DNA of 64,000 bases from an uncultured virus (IMG/VR IMGVR_UViG_3300023371_000086) (Duplodnaviria; Heunggongvirae; Uroviricota; Caudoviricetes), in IMG/VR virus record IMGVR_UViG_3300023371_000086, one strand, 5' to 3'. Below are positions 19,724 through 29,294 of the stretch, one piece after another. Position 1 is the first letter of the stretch, and every line of letters begins with the position of its first letter. The notes below the pieces were generated by a model. That model did not search any database, was not told where the DNA came from, and saw only the letters and a list, made by a program, of their open reading frames with translations. The translations under genes and the position numbers were made by a program.

Positions 19724-19975
19724 CTAGAATCTTTCCGGGTAAAACACATCTACATCTTTATGACCTTCTGCTCTTCTCAACGACACGAGAGCTGACCTCA
19801 AGTATGTCAAGTGGGCAGACAGCTCCATAGTCTTATTGAAAAGCCTGTCAACTTCGTTGCACCTTTCTTCTGTGAACTCCATCTTCTTGGCAGAAGCCAA
19901 TCTTTTTTCGACACAAACAAGATAAGACTGCTCATCTACTATCATCTGCTTCAACTGATTCAAAATCTCTTTCAT
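19724..19975 (-). CDS. Hypothetical coiled-coil protein
   Basis: 83 aa; AGTAAGTT-ATG. Confidence 0.7.
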   Translation of the reverse strand: MKEILNQLKQMIVDEQSYLVCVEKRLASAKKMEFTEERCNEVDRLFNKTMELSAHLTYLRSALVSLRRAEGHKDVDVFYPERF

Positions 19976-19992
19976 AACTTACTCTATTGATA

Positions 19993-20187
19993 TTAAAACT
20001 GAATGAAATTGTCTTCAAGGAATGTATTGCTTACTCTCCAGTAATCTCCAAGACCTTTTCTCTCAGAATACGTCTTATTGGCATCAAGAAGAACAACATG
20101 CCAATCTTCAATCTCAATAACATACCAATGCTTCCTACTTATTCTTGGATTAACACACAAGAGAATATCTCCAACATTGACTTCCAT
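19993..20187 (-). CDS. Hypothetical protein
   Basis: 64 aa, first gene after promoter 20228-20260. Confidence 0.65.
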   Translation of the reverse strand: MEVNVGDILLCVNPRISRKHWYVIEIEDWHVVLLDANKTYSERKGLGDYWRVSNTFLEDNFIQF

Positions 20188-20227
20188 ATCTTACTCTATC
20201 TTAGTGATTACTAATTGATTACACATG

Positions 20228-20260
20228 TAAAGGTAGCCAATGATTTGTTTCAACGAGCCA
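20228..20260 (-). promoter_or_regulatory. Phage promoter, TGGCTCGTTG-N15-TACCTTTA class
   Basis: Exact motif and spacing. Confidence 0.7.
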
Positions 20261-20309
20261 TTGACTACCAATATTTTACATGTTTTTCTCAAGTTTTTTC
20301 AAGTGACTA

Positions 20310-20636
20310 TCAAAAGTCCATAATGTCGCCTAGGTCCTTCACTAAGCATCCATCGAAATACAGGTCTCTCTCAACCTTTAGACCGAATGGAAGACTGAGG
20401 TTTTCAAGCTCTCTTAGACCGAAATAACCATACTCTGCTCCATAGTCATTAACGACTATTCCAAAGAACATCCAGTCTCCGTCTTCCAGTATGTCACCCT
20501 CCAACACATACCATGTCCATGAACCAACAGGAGCAAAGAACTTGCACACAACCTTGGCTTCTACACCTTTTTCATCCTGAGACCTAAGAGGAAACTTCTC
20601 AAGCTTCTTCTCTATAGCTTTTGTCAACAACTTCAT
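20310..20636 (-). CDS. DUF2958-like protein
   Basis: KFFAPVGSWTWYVLE...FFGIV...EYGYFGLREL...VERDLYF. Confidence 0.75.
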   Translation of the reverse strand: MKLLTKAIEKKLEKFPLRSQDEKGVEAKVVCKFFAPVGSWTWYVLEGDILEDGDWMFFGIVVNDYGAEYGYFGLRELENLSLPFGLKVERDLYFDGCLVKDLGDIMDF

Positions 20637-20656
20637 AACTTACTTTTTACTTTATT

Positions 20657-21244
20657 CTACTCCTGGCTGCACATCTCTATCAGTTCATACACATCTTCTG
20701 CGTAATCTATGCAGAATCTATTGAACTCATCATCATTATCTTCACTGAAGTGGTAGAAGTCTGCACTTCTGCATTCCTCCTTGTACCTCTCCAACATCGT
20801 GTTCTCAACATCCCAGTAATTGGCTACTTTGCCATCGTGTTCCAACTCCGGGTCTGACCATTCTCCGTGCAAAATCACTGTGACTCCTTCGACACCTCTC
20901 CAATAGCTCTGTTCCATAACTTGCTCTTTTTGTTTTTCTGCAATTTCTTCTAAATCTTTCCAGGCATTGACGTTTTCTCCGTCATAATATAAGCTAGAAC
21001 ACCCACCATCTGCGTAATAATCAAACTTGTGTTCGTCTAGACCAAGCTCTTCAACAGCCCTGTATATTACTTGCTTATACAAGTCCCATATTAAAACGTT
21101 TCCAAAACGTTTATAATCAATGCCACTATTCAACAATGCGTAGACATCACTATCGATTATATCAACATCGAAATTATCAGTGATCTCATCAACTTTCCAG
21201 GAACAAACTCCTAGACAAGCACACAGAAAATCTTTGGTTTCCAT
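20657..21244 (-). CDS. Acidic hypothetical protein
   Basis: 195 aa, Asp/Glu-rich. Confidence 0.75.
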   Translation of the reverse strand: METKDFLCACLGVCSWKVDEITDNFDVDIIDSDVYALLNSGIDYKRFGNVLIWDLYKQVIYRAVEELGLDEHKFDYYADGGCSSLYYDGENVNAWKDLEEIAEKQKEQVMEQSYWRGVEGVTVILHGEWSDPELEHDGKVANYWDVENTMLERYKEECRSADFYHFSEDNDDEFNRFCIDYAEDVYELIEMCSQE

Positions 21245-21249
21245 AACAT

Positions 21250-21471
21250 CTATTCATTAAAGCAAACATTTATACAATTCGGCAAATTCTTAATGTATCT
21301 GATATGCACTTTCGCTGCATTTGCACATTCTTGATGACGTCTATCTGAAGAATCGTAATAACTTTTTATCAACTCTGAAAACTGCTCTCCAGTGATAACT
21401 TCTCCTATTGGGGCTAGAAACCCATAAGCTTCTGCCACATATTCTGCTAATTCTTTGACATTCTTTCCCAT
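21250..21471 (-). CDS. Hypothetical protein
   Basis: Start revised to MGKNVKE. Confidence 0.65.
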   Translation of the reverse strand: MGKNVKELAEYVAEAYGFLAPIGEVITGEQFSELIKSYYDSSDRRHQECANAAKVHIRYIKNLPNCINVCFNE

Positions 21472-21475
21472 AACT

Positions 21476-21898
21476 CTAAAAATGCGGATCAATATAGTGT
21501 CTCTGATAGTGGAGAGCCAATGCTACTCCATCCCGAACTGGTTGACCCTCCATAATCCATCTTCCATTCTTCCTATGAGTAAAGTATTGCACCTCTCCGT
21601 GAAGGCCTGGTAAAATCTCATAATTACCTCCATACCAATCCTTACATTCCGTGTCGTTGAACATTACTCCAACTCTATTCATCTTCTCATTAACTTCTAC
21701 TACTGTAGCTGCTCTGTAATCCGAGAAGTACACTATCGTGCAAGGGATGCCAACCTCCGGGATTATGCCTCTGACTACAGACAGCCACTTTGCTTCAAGC
21801 CTTTCTTCCTCTTTGCTGTCGTACTCATCCTTGATCTGTTCACGAAGCTTCTTGATTTCAGCCATCGCCTGGCTGTAAGGCATTCTTACCATTTCCAT
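21476..21898 (-). CDS. Hypothetical protein
   Basis: 140 aa; AGTAAGTT-ATG. Confidence 0.75.
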   Translation of the reverse strand: MEMVRMPYSQAMAEIKKLREQIKDEYDSKEEERLEAKWLSVVRGIIPEVGIPCTIVYFSDYRAATVVEVNEKMNRVGVMFNDTECKDWYGGNYEILPGLHGEVQYFTHRKNGRWIMEGQPVRDGVALALHYQRHYIDPHF

Positions 21899-22066
21899 AA
21901 CTTACTTTATTTGACTTAGAATCAATGCAACGGCTTCCTTTGCATCATTTATTCCTCTTTCATAACCACGAGTGTACTCCCTCACCTCTTTGGAGCCAAC
22001 CTTGGTCATGTAAGTAGCAGAACTACTCCATCTTTTCAACTGTTCTATAACTTTATCTTTCATGAC

Positions 22067-22270
22067 TTACTTTCTGCTAAGATTAACAACTCCACCTGAC
22101 AGACATGCAACACAATAGTCGACATCCATGCCTTCCTTCCAATATCTGTATGCCATTTCAACATACTCCTTGGTCTTTTCCATGCAATAGCAAACTACTT
22201 TAGGCTTATTGACGATTCTACTTGCTCCTACAAGCTCTTCAATCATCTGCTTCTTGGTTAACTTACTCAT
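22067..22270 (-). CDS. Hypothetical protein
   Basis: 67 aa; AGTAAGTT-ATG. Confidence 0.7.
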   Translation of the reverse strand: MSKLTKKQMIEELVGASRIVNKPKVVCYCMEKTKEYVEMAYRYWKEGMDVDYCVACLSGGVVNLSRK

Positions 22271-22282
22271 AACTTACTTATT

Positions 22283-22462
22283 CTAATAGGTTTCAATCAA
22301 TCTCTTCTTACTAGGCTTGGTCATAAGCATGTCCGACCACACACCTCCTACAGGTCCATATCTCCAAAACTTCACAAAGTGAGGCTTCTCTGCATACTGC
22401 TCAATGTATAGCATGGTTCCTGAACCGGCCTCAAACACTTCTCTTTTGTAAACTATTGTCAT
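22283..22462 (-). CDS. Small hypothetical protein (59 aa)
   Basis: Read by hand: MTIVYKREVFEAGSGTMLYIEQY... Confidence 0.6.
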   Translation of the reverse strand: MTIVYKREVFEAGSGTMLYIEQYAEKPHFVKFWRYGPVGGVWSDMLMTKPSKKRLIETY

Positions 22463-22465
22463 AAC

Positions 22466-22699
22466 CTAACAAGCTACTGTATAAAGATACAACTTCTTTC
22501 CTTCAAGCTCCTTGAACTCAAAAACCTTGTACTTTCCCTTCTCGTCAATAGTGAGCATCAGCTTAGTGTAGCTACCACCATTCCACTTCTTTGCAAAGTC
22601 TATGAACTGATAAGACTTCTTGCTGCTTCCGACCTGGAATACGTGACCCATGCACATTCCGTCAAAATCCCAATAATTGCATTTTTCAATGATCTGCAT
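22466..22699 (-). CDS. Hypothetical protein
   Basis: 77 aa ORF in array. Confidence 0.7.
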   Translation of the reverse strand: MQIIEKCNYWDFDGMCMGHVFQVGSSKKSYQFIDFAKKWNGGSYTKLMLTIDEKGKYKVFEFKELEGKKLYLYTVAC

Positions 22700-22710
22700 A
22701 ACTATATCTC

Positions 22711-23070
22711 CTAAAACTTTACTTCTTTCTGCTTGTATGACACTATGTACTGTCCGTTGTACTCTACCTTGAAAACACAGATGGCTACATCTCCGTGAGA
22801 TTCAATCTTATTCTTAACATACTCTTTGTTCTCACCGCCTTCTGCTCCACGAGTTCTTAAGCCAAGCCAAAAAACAAAAGGACAACTACTGTTGCTTTCA
22901 ACTTCATAATCCCTACATTCCTTATCGATTCTTCTAAGGTGCTCTATCTCAGCCTGTGCATCGTTAATGATAAGGTGCTGATTGAGGACCATCGAGTATG
23001 CGTTACACATATTCCATAAGAAGTTCTCCACCTGCTCTATTGTAGCAAATTCTTTCTCTATCTTTTTCAT
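22711..23070 (-). CDS. Hypothetical protein
   Basis: 119 aa, first gene after promoter 23101-23133. Confidence 0.7.
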   Translation of the reverse strand: MKKIEKEFATIEQVENFLWNMCNAYSMVLNQHLIINDAQAEIEHLRRIDKECRDYEVESNSSCPFVFWLGLRTRGAEGGENKEYVKNKIESHGDVAICVFKVEYNGQYIVSYKQKEVKF

Positions 23071-23100
23071 AACTTATTGATTTCTAATGGTTTACAGTTG

Positions 23101-23133
23101 TAAAGGTAAGCAAGATAATGTATCAACGAGCCA
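23101..23133 (-). promoter_or_regulatory. Phage promoter, TGGCTCGTTG-N15-TACCTTTA class
   Basis: Exact motif and spacing. Confidence 0.7.
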
Positions 23134-23193
23134 AGTGATTTCATTATTTTTCAAAAAAAATGCAAGTTTTTACATAGTTCGTTCCAGGGCAAC

Positions 23194-23230
23194 AAAAAAG
23201 GTCGCAAGACTCTCATCTGCGACCTTTTTT
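23194..23230. terminator. Bidirectional intrinsic terminator
   Basis: AAAAAAGGTCGCA-N11-TGCGACCTTTTTT. Confidence 0.8.
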
Positions 23231-23235
23231 ATAAT

Positions 23236-24003
23236 CTAATCGTCTATAGCAAAGTAGAACTGATCTATAATCACAAGCATTTCTGGTGGAAGGTATTTTT
23301 TTACTTCTAACCTCATCCATAGAGGAATCCCCCACACTGCTTCTGCTATTCCACCAACAATAGCTGCTATGGTATCCGTGTCACCACCATGAGCTACAGC
23401 TTTTCTTATGGCTTCTTCAAAGCTATCTGACTCAGAAATTATCTTGAAGCACAACGGAACAGTACCTTGACAAGTCTCATCGAACACACCTTTCTTATAG
23501 TCTGCTGTCAAACAGCCTGGATAATACTTTTCAGCTATGCTATTAACTGCACTGCGCTTTGCACCGGAGATATGTCTTGCAAACCATATTGCACTTGCCA
23601 CTGCAACAGCACCTTTGATGCCTTCTTCATGGTTATGAGAACATTCTGCAGACATCTTTGCCTGTCTCTTGACTTCTTCATAGTCATCGTAATAGAATCC
23701 TATGGCAGAAACTCTCATGGCAGAGCCATTGCCGAAGCTGTTGTATGGATTGTGATCCTTCGACCTTACCCATCCTGCGAACCTTGCACCATAGCCTCCC
23801 ATAGGGTGAGGGTACTTACTGCACCACTTAGCTATGGACTGGCCGTAATCTTTACCACAAAGAATGGCATCTGCCACAGCTATCGTACAAATGGTATCAT
23901 CTGTGAAATCGCACTCCGAGTGAAATATCTCGAACTGCTGTGTAAAAATATTGTCGAACTCAAACCTTGAGCCGACAACATCACCTATAATTGCACCCAA
24001 CAT
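23236..24003 (-). CDS. ADP-ribosylglycohydrolase (DraG/ARH family)
   Basis: GAIIGDVVG, FTDDT, SFGNGSAMRVS, SHNH and GGDTDTIAAIVG motifs. Confidence 0.92.
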   Translation of the reverse strand: MLGAIIGDVVGSRFEFDNIFTQQFEIFHSECDFTDDTICTIAVADAILCGKDYGQSIAKWCSKYPHPMGGYGARFAGWVRSKDHNPYNSFGNGSAMRVSAIGFYYDDYEEVKRQAKMSAECSHNHEEGIKGAVAVASAIWFARHISGAKRSAVNSIAEKYYPGCLTADYKKGVFDETCQGTVPLCFKIISESDSFEEAIRKAVAHGGDTDTIAAIVGGIAEAVWGIPLWMRLEVKKYLPPEMLVIIDQFYFAIDD

Positions 24004-24005
24004 AG

Positions 24006-24290
24006 CTATTTCCCTCCATTCTCCTTTTCTGCTATGGCAAGGATGTAGTCTGCAGCCTCCTGGGCTGTGTCGAACAACTTATTCCTAAGAATCGGATGAT
24101 ACTTTTCTCTCATTTCGTCTTTGGCATGCCTAATCATTGCAGAAAACTTATACTCATCTGCCTCTTTATCAACAAGCTCCGGACGTACATACACCAACGG
24201 TATGGGGCTTCTTGGGTCATAGTACCGATTCCCTTCTTCCATGCCACGAATCTGCATCATGGCTCTAATAGCATTCTCATGTCCTTTCAT
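24006..24290 (-). CDS. Hypothetical protein between ART and ARH (possible second immunity factor)
   Basis: Start revised to MKGHENA, preceded by AGTAAGT and by promoter 24318-24350. Confidence 0.65.
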   Translation of the reverse strand: MKGHENAIRAMMQIRGMEEGNRYYDPRSPIPLVYVRPELVDKEADEYKFSAMIRHAKDEMREKYHPILRNKLFDTAQEAADYILAIAEKENGGK

Positions 24291-24317
24291 ACTTACTAGT
24301 CTAAATTTTTCTTTGTG

Positions 24318-24350
24318 TAAAGTTACGAAGAATATTGTTTCAACGAGCCA
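24318..24350 (-). promoter_or_regulatory. Phage promoter, TGGCTCGTTG-N15-TAACTTTA class
   Basis: Exact box and spacing just after the MuF-ART stop. Confidence 0.7.
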
Positions 24351-24360
24351 AGATAATACA

Positions 24361-26082
24361 TTAATTTTCAATTATATAACAAATTATCTCAATAACTCCG
24401 CTATCATTCATTTTTGCTGACGTAACCTTATACTTTAGGTCTCTCTGCAATAACAATTCTGCTTCTTTGCTTATCTGTCGTTGTGCAGTCTTGCCATCCC
24501 AAGACAATCTATCATTACATCCAAATGCAGAAAAAGGGTCACAATATGCACCTTTTGTACCCTTTGGAACAAATATCTGAAAATCTACTGATCTGCTGAA
24601 TCCTCTACCCTTAGTAACTCCACAGCTTACGAATGCCTTATCTGTAAGCTCTTTTCCAACAAGACTATCTAGCAACTTGTCACTTGCTCCTGTCAAATCA
24701 ATGCCGGTCATGTTTGCCCATGCATCAACACCTCGCCTAACCCAAACATCCTCCGGAATGGTATTTTTGTCAATGTATTCCGTAAGCAACTCGATTTGCT
24801 TTGTATCAGGCTCTCCCTTTCTCATTGGCCTGTTATATGGAGCCTCATCCCAAGTATATTCATAAGCTGCCTTTCTCATATCAGCATCTGAATCAAGCCA
24901 AGCCTTACTAGCTACTGGGAACATAATATCATTCATCTCCTGCACTGTCCTCCAGTCAGTCTCCTTCATTCTCTCCTCAATAGACTTGACAACCTTTGGC
25001 TTAGGTGGATACAAAGCTCTATTGATGTAGACACTATTGTCTTTCATGTAGTATGGCAACGTACCTATCTTCTTTGCTCTGAGGATTCTTGCCTTGTTGT
25101 CGAATATCCATTGATTGAAGCCTTCGGGCGGTGCAGTAACAGTGTTTACGCTCTTTCTTGCATATTGCTTACCACGTAATATGGAATCACTCTGCTTGTC
25201 GAACTCCTCCTGGGTATTGAGGATAGGAACTACGTAACAGCGACAATTCGGGTGCCAAGGTGTAAAAAAGAAATCCTTTGGGTACTTTCCCTTGTGTGAC
25301 TCACATATGTCGCAATGATAAGGATGTGTACTTCTCTTCACCTCAAAACCTACTATGAAATCAAGGTCTTGGTATCTCTGCATTTCAGCACTATGATATG
25401 CCATATTGATTTCAGTCCTTGCAAGTCTTTGAGCATTTCTCACACTGCTTCGATATGCTCCTGCTCCGGGATGATAAGACTTTGCATTCTTTGACAGCTT
25501 CAATTCTCCGTACTTGTCACGAACTCTACGAAATAACTTATCCGGCTCCTTGAGACACTTCTTAACTTTCCTAGCAAGTTCTGCCGCAGATTCTCCTCTT
25601 TCGATTGACAAAGCCAACTGAGTTTCAAGGCGGTGGTACTCTGCCATATTCCACACCTTGTCTGACAGGCTCAATCCTTTGATTTTTCTTTTCTGAAAAG
25701 CTTCAAGAGCCTTATCGTGATTATTGAACAGATCAACAACATCCGAATTCTTTATGGCATCTATATTAACACCCCTGCTTTTGAACAAGTCTCTGACCAT
25801 TTGGTCTGTAATTTCGTTGGATTTCTTCCACTCGGCAGAGGTTCCAGTGAGAATCACATCGTATATGGACGAAGATAGGCTGTTTACGACACTATCTGCC
25901 TTCTTCTTGAGGGTTGGATAGTCTTCGAAGAAAAACTGGCTAGAATCGTCGTATTTTGCCTTGCCGAACAACTTACAGAATTCAGAAGTGGCATCATCAA
26001 AGAATCGCTCAAGCATCTGCAGATACTTGGCGACCCTCTGAATATGAGCATTGCTCTGATATGTGTAATCGACCTTTGCCAT
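24361..26082 (-). CDS. MuF/SPP1 gp7-like minor head protein fused to a C-terminal VIP2-like ADP-ribosyltransferase
   Basis: After portal; RLARTE, CDIC, PWHPNCRC (MuF); C-terminal YT...YNRPMR, VRRG, FVSCG, EAELLL (R-S-ExE ART). Confidence 0.85.
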   Translation of the reverse strand: MAKVDYTYQSNAHIQRVAKYLQMLERFFDDATSEFCKLFGKAKYDDSSQFFFEDYPTLKKKADSVVNSLSSSIYDVILTGTSAEWKKSNEITDQMVRDLFKSRGVNIDAIKNSDVVDLFNNHDKALEAFQKRKIKGLSLSDKVWNMAEYHRLETQLALSIERGESAAELARKVKKCLKEPDKLFRRVRDKYGELKLSKNAKSYHPGAGAYRSSVRNAQRLARTEINMAYHSAEMQRYQDLDFIVGFEVKRSTHPYHCDICESHKGKYPKDFFFTPWHPNCRCYVVPILNTQEEFDKQSDSILRGKQYARKSVNTVTAPPEGFNQWIFDNKARILRAKKIGTLPYYMKDNSVYINRALYPPKPKVVKSIEERMKETDWRTVQEMNDIMFPVASKAWLDSDADMRKAAYEYTWDEAPYNRPMRKGEPDTKQIELLTEYIDKNTIPEDVWVRRGVDAWANMTGIDLTGASDKLLDSLVGKELTDKAFVSCGVTKGRGFSRSVDFQIFVPKGTKGAYCDPFSAFGCNDRLSWDGKTAQRQISKEAELLLQRDLKYKVTSAKMNDSGVIEIICYIIEN

Positions 26083-26092
26083 AGGTCATATT

Positions 26093-27526
26093 CTACTGTG
26101 CTCCTTCAAACACATCTACTGACCTCTGAGCAGCAAGGTCGGACATTGTCTCGTCTTCTATTCTCTTGATTTCCTCATCAACATCTGCAACATCATCAAA
26201 CTGCTCAATAGCTGACCTTCTCGAAAGAAGCCTGCTGTCAACTCTCTTTGCAAGTCTATCTGTCTGCGATGTCTGGTCATTCTGAATGAACGGAGTGATG
26301 ATATGTTTACAAGTCAACCTATTGACAAGAGGCTTCCAAGAAGGATTCACTGTTGCCAATATAGACTTGATTACAGAGAACTCTCTATCAAGGAACCAAA
26401 CTATATCGTGGGACTCCTCTCCTACTTTCAAGTGAGCATCGGTAAGGAGTGTCTTTCTTGCTTCTCCACTCATCTGTCCAAGACCTTTGATATTTTCCAT
26501 CGAAAGGTCAGGCATCTGAGTTACCTCTGAGATAAACTCCTTCTGTGTTCCTATATGCAACTTCACCTGATCTGAAGACATAGCAGGATTGAGAAGTTCA
26601 ACCTTTCCTCCATTCTTGAGCTGATATGCCTCTCGTCCTCTACCATTAGCAGGTGGAGCACCTACAACATCTCCTGAGACTACTATGATAGGACTGCTGT
26701 TCTTCTTGATTACGTCAGAGTTTCTGCTGTTTGAAAACTCTATCTCGTTTCTGAAATCCTGTATTCCGTCATACAATGCTCCTGGTCTGCTTATGTAAGC
26801 TGCCTGAATCTTTCCAATGACAACCTTCTTTTCCTCTACAGTCCATCCATCCTCTCCGTTTGTCCAATAGTAAGCATTCTGTGCAGTAAAGCAGTCGAAC
26901 TTCTCTACATCCTTACCATTGACATTGACAACGTACTTGAAGCTCAATGCTATGAGGTCTCCGGAATCATCGAACAATGGATAGATATCTGCCTGGTAAA
27001 TCTGCGACATCTTTGAAGCCATTGGAGAATAGCTCCTGCATCTTATCTTTGCACTAGTAGGGAAGCCATACTTCTCATGCTTCTCTCCACCATCATCTGT
27101 GACATACCAGACTGTAGCCATTTCGCATGAAGCAAAGTAAGCCTTCATTCGCTTCATGTTGACACCATCTATTCTGACAGCATCATACACTTTTTCTATA
27201 GCATCTGCGAATGCCTTTTCTGCTTCATTCGCTGCAGAATAAACTCTCTTAACAGGAATGGAGAAAGCCATCTGAGCCATTCTTCTTACAGCTATCTTTT
27301 CAGCAGGGTAAGAAATCTTTGCCGGAACATCTCTCTGACCATCTGCATTTGACTTTTCAACAGGTCTTAGCGTAGGGTCATTCTTGATCGGATGCTTGCT
27401 TTCATCATACAACTTCTCCAATTCAATCCAGGTAGGAACATCCTTTGTACAAGAGCAAAGGTCTGCAATGATATCTTCGGGCTTTCTTCCCGCTTCAAAG
27501 ATTTCTTCCAATGTATTCATATTCAC
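26093..27526 (-). CDS. Portal protein (SPP1 gp6-like)
   Basis: 477 aa after TerL; QMPDLS...SGEARK...EIKRIEDE. Confidence 0.9.
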   Translation of the reverse strand: MNMNTLEEIFEAGRKPEDIIADLCSCTKDVPTWIELEKLYDESKHPIKNDPTLRPVEKSNADGQRDVPAKISYPAEKIAVRRMAQMAFSIPVKRVYSAANEAEKAFADAIEKVYDAVRIDGVNMKRMKAYFASCEMATVWYVTDDGGEKHEKYGFPTSAKIRCRSYSPMASKMSQIYQADIYPLFDDSGDLIALSFKYVVNVNGKDVEKFDCFTAQNAYYWTNGEDGWTVEEKKVVIGKIQAAYISRPGALYDGIQDFRNEIEFSNSRNSDVIKKNSSPIIVVSGDVVGAPPANGRGREAYQLKNGGKVELLNPAMSSDQVKLHIGTQKEFISEVTQMPDLSMENIKGLGQMSGEARKTLLTDAHLKVGEESHDIVWFLDREFSVIKSILATVNPSWKPLVNRLTCKHIITPFIQNDQTSQTDRLAKRVDSRLLSRRSAIEQFDDVADVDEEIKRIEDETMSDLAAQRSVDVFEGAQ

Positions 27527-27542
27527 GCTGTTTTATCATCGG

Positions 27543-27579
27543 CAAAATTAGCAAAACTGTTTCATTATGCAACACTTTT
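27543..27579 (-). promoter_or_regulatory. Promoter with degenerate palindromic operator (portal)
   Basis: TAATTTTG at 27543-27550; AAAACTGTTTCA-TTA-TGCAACACTTTT. Confidence 0.55.
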
Positions 27580-27580
27580 A

Positions 27581-29128
27581 CTAACCAAACATCCTTACCA
27601 AGTCGCTCTGACTAAGAACATTATTATCCGGGATGTGAGGATAGAACGTGTTGTTCAAGGCATCCATCCTATCGGGAGACCTTCCCAATCTTGCCTGTAT
27701 GTCCTCTTTCGGCTCTATGATGATAGAACCATTACTCTGAAACTTCCACTTAGGTTCTGTCAACTCTTGTGCCAACATATCATCTGGAGGAAGCATTGCA
27801 TTATGTCCGTTTCTTGGGTCCAGCCAGTCTCTTGTGCACCAATGCAGGTAAGCCCTCATGTTGGCAAACGTGTACTGTCCGGTAACATCAGTCAGTTCTT
27901 TTGCACCTTCACTATTCTTGCATGAGATAGCCCACTTGTGGTCAAGTTCCTCAAGTCTAGAGAATACTCCAGCACCTTCACCAATGGTATCTATCATTGC
28001 AAATGCCCCTTTTGCAACAGATTCATGGATTCCTTGGATTATCATACCTGCAACATGCATGTGGTCTGCCTTTCCTGCAGACTGATAAGAATCTATCTTC
28101 CTTACGAAATTTCCGTATCTGTGAGCAAGGTTAGAGCTGTCTCGTCCCATACCTGCCACATCGACACCAAGTCTCAAAGGTTCTTTTGGAGGAATGTAGT
28201 CATATCCGTGCTCCTCTACGAATTCAAGCCATCTTCTGTTTGCAAGCTCCACCCATTCGTATGGAATGAGGATGTCAGAAGACACTCTAGGAAACATACC
28301 AAGCACCTTGATCCTAAACAAGTCGTTCGGTCTGTAGAAAGCACCTTCCCACAAAAAGTCTCCTTCTCCTTCATTGAAATCCCTCTCTTGTATAGGAATG
28401 GTCCAGTTCTCAACCTTATCCTTTACCCAATCGTAGTCAACCTGGCCAGGAATGACTATCTTCTTTGAAACAACATTCTCTGCATTCAGCGAAGAAAGTC
28501 TGAACTTTCTGAATCGTTCAGACTTCATAGCTCTTGCAGCATATCCTGTAGTAACATTGGGGTTGAACACAAGCAGTATTCTTGAATTACCCTGCAAGTT
28601 ACCCTCTATGGCATTGTACACTATCTCCGAAATACCGGAAGCCTCCGTAATGGAGAACATAGTGTTTACTGCATGGAATCCAGACCAAGCCTCTGTTGCA
28701 TCGTCTCCAGCCTTGAAGCCAGTCAAGAACCACTCCTCATAGTCTGTACGAATATCATCTGCCACCAATCTTCCGGGAAGGAATCCTGCGTTTCTGAACA
28801 GTCTTCTTACTTCCGGGGTCATGATGTTGTGCACCTGTCTTCCTGTAGGTGCCGTCATGGCAACCTTCGTGTTGGCAACTAACCTACCATTGGCATCCCA
28901 ACGTGGAGTGAGATAAAAGAACGAGAGACAAGCACAAGCTGAAACGAAGTCCTTTCCCCTTGCTGTTCCAGATGCCACTGCTGTCATCTTATTCTCTTGC
29001 ACACTATTGATGATAGCCTGCTGTTCAGAATCAAGACGAGCCTTAAGGACATCACGAACAAAGCGGTTCCAGTCTTCTCTCCATGCCAACATGTACTTGG
29101 CGGCTTTCTCTAGTTCTCTTTCGTTCAC
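27581..29128 (-). CDS. terL: Terminase large subunit
   Basis: Walker A-like SGTARGKD, APT, TEASG, FNP, nuclease LGVDVA...D, SPDRMDA; start probably GTG 29128 (track gives 29179). Confidence 0.92.
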   Translation of the reverse strand: MNERELEKAAKYMLAWREDWNRFVRDVLKARLDSEQQAIINSVQENKMTAVASGTARGKDFVSACACLSFFYLTPRWDANGRLVANTKVAMTAPTGRQVHNIMTPEVRRLFRNAGFLPGRLVADDIRTDYEEWFLTGFKAGDDATEAWSGFHAVNTMFSITEASGISEIVYNAIEGNLQGNSRILLVFNPNVTTGYAARAMKSERFRKFRLSSLNAENVVSKKIVIPGQVDYDWVKDKVENWTIPIQERDFNEGEGDFLWEGAFYRPNDLFRIKVLGMFPRVSSDILIPYEWVELANRRWLEFVEEHGYDYIPPKEPLRLGVDVAGMGRDSSNLAHRYGNFVRKIDSYQSAGKADHMHVAGMIIQGIHESVAKGAFAMIDTIGEGAGVFSRLEELDHKWAISCKNSEGAKELTDVTGQYTFANMRAYLHWCTRDWLDPRNGHNAMLPPDDMLAQELTEPKWKFQSNGSIIIEPKEDIQARLGRSPDRMDALNNTFYPHIPDNNVLSQSDLVRMFG

Positions 29129-29135
29129 AAATATT

Positions 29136-29282
29136 CTATATTCTGGTAAATTTTGGAGTGGACACCCTTTGAAGGACATCAGCCTTTGGCAAGCTAATCT
29201 CTATCGGTGACTCAAATGGCATAAAAGCACCGATTACTGATGCTACAATGATAGCACCTACTACACTAATAACATTTTCCAT
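29136..29282 (-). CDS. Small membrane protein (48 aa)
   Basis: Read by hand: MENVISVVGAIIVASVIGAFMPFESP...; fills the terS-terL gap. Confidence 0.5.
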   Translation of the reverse strand: MENVISVVGAIIVASVIGAFMPFESPIEISLPKADVLQRVSTPKFTRI

Positions 29283-29294
29283 AACCAAATTTAT

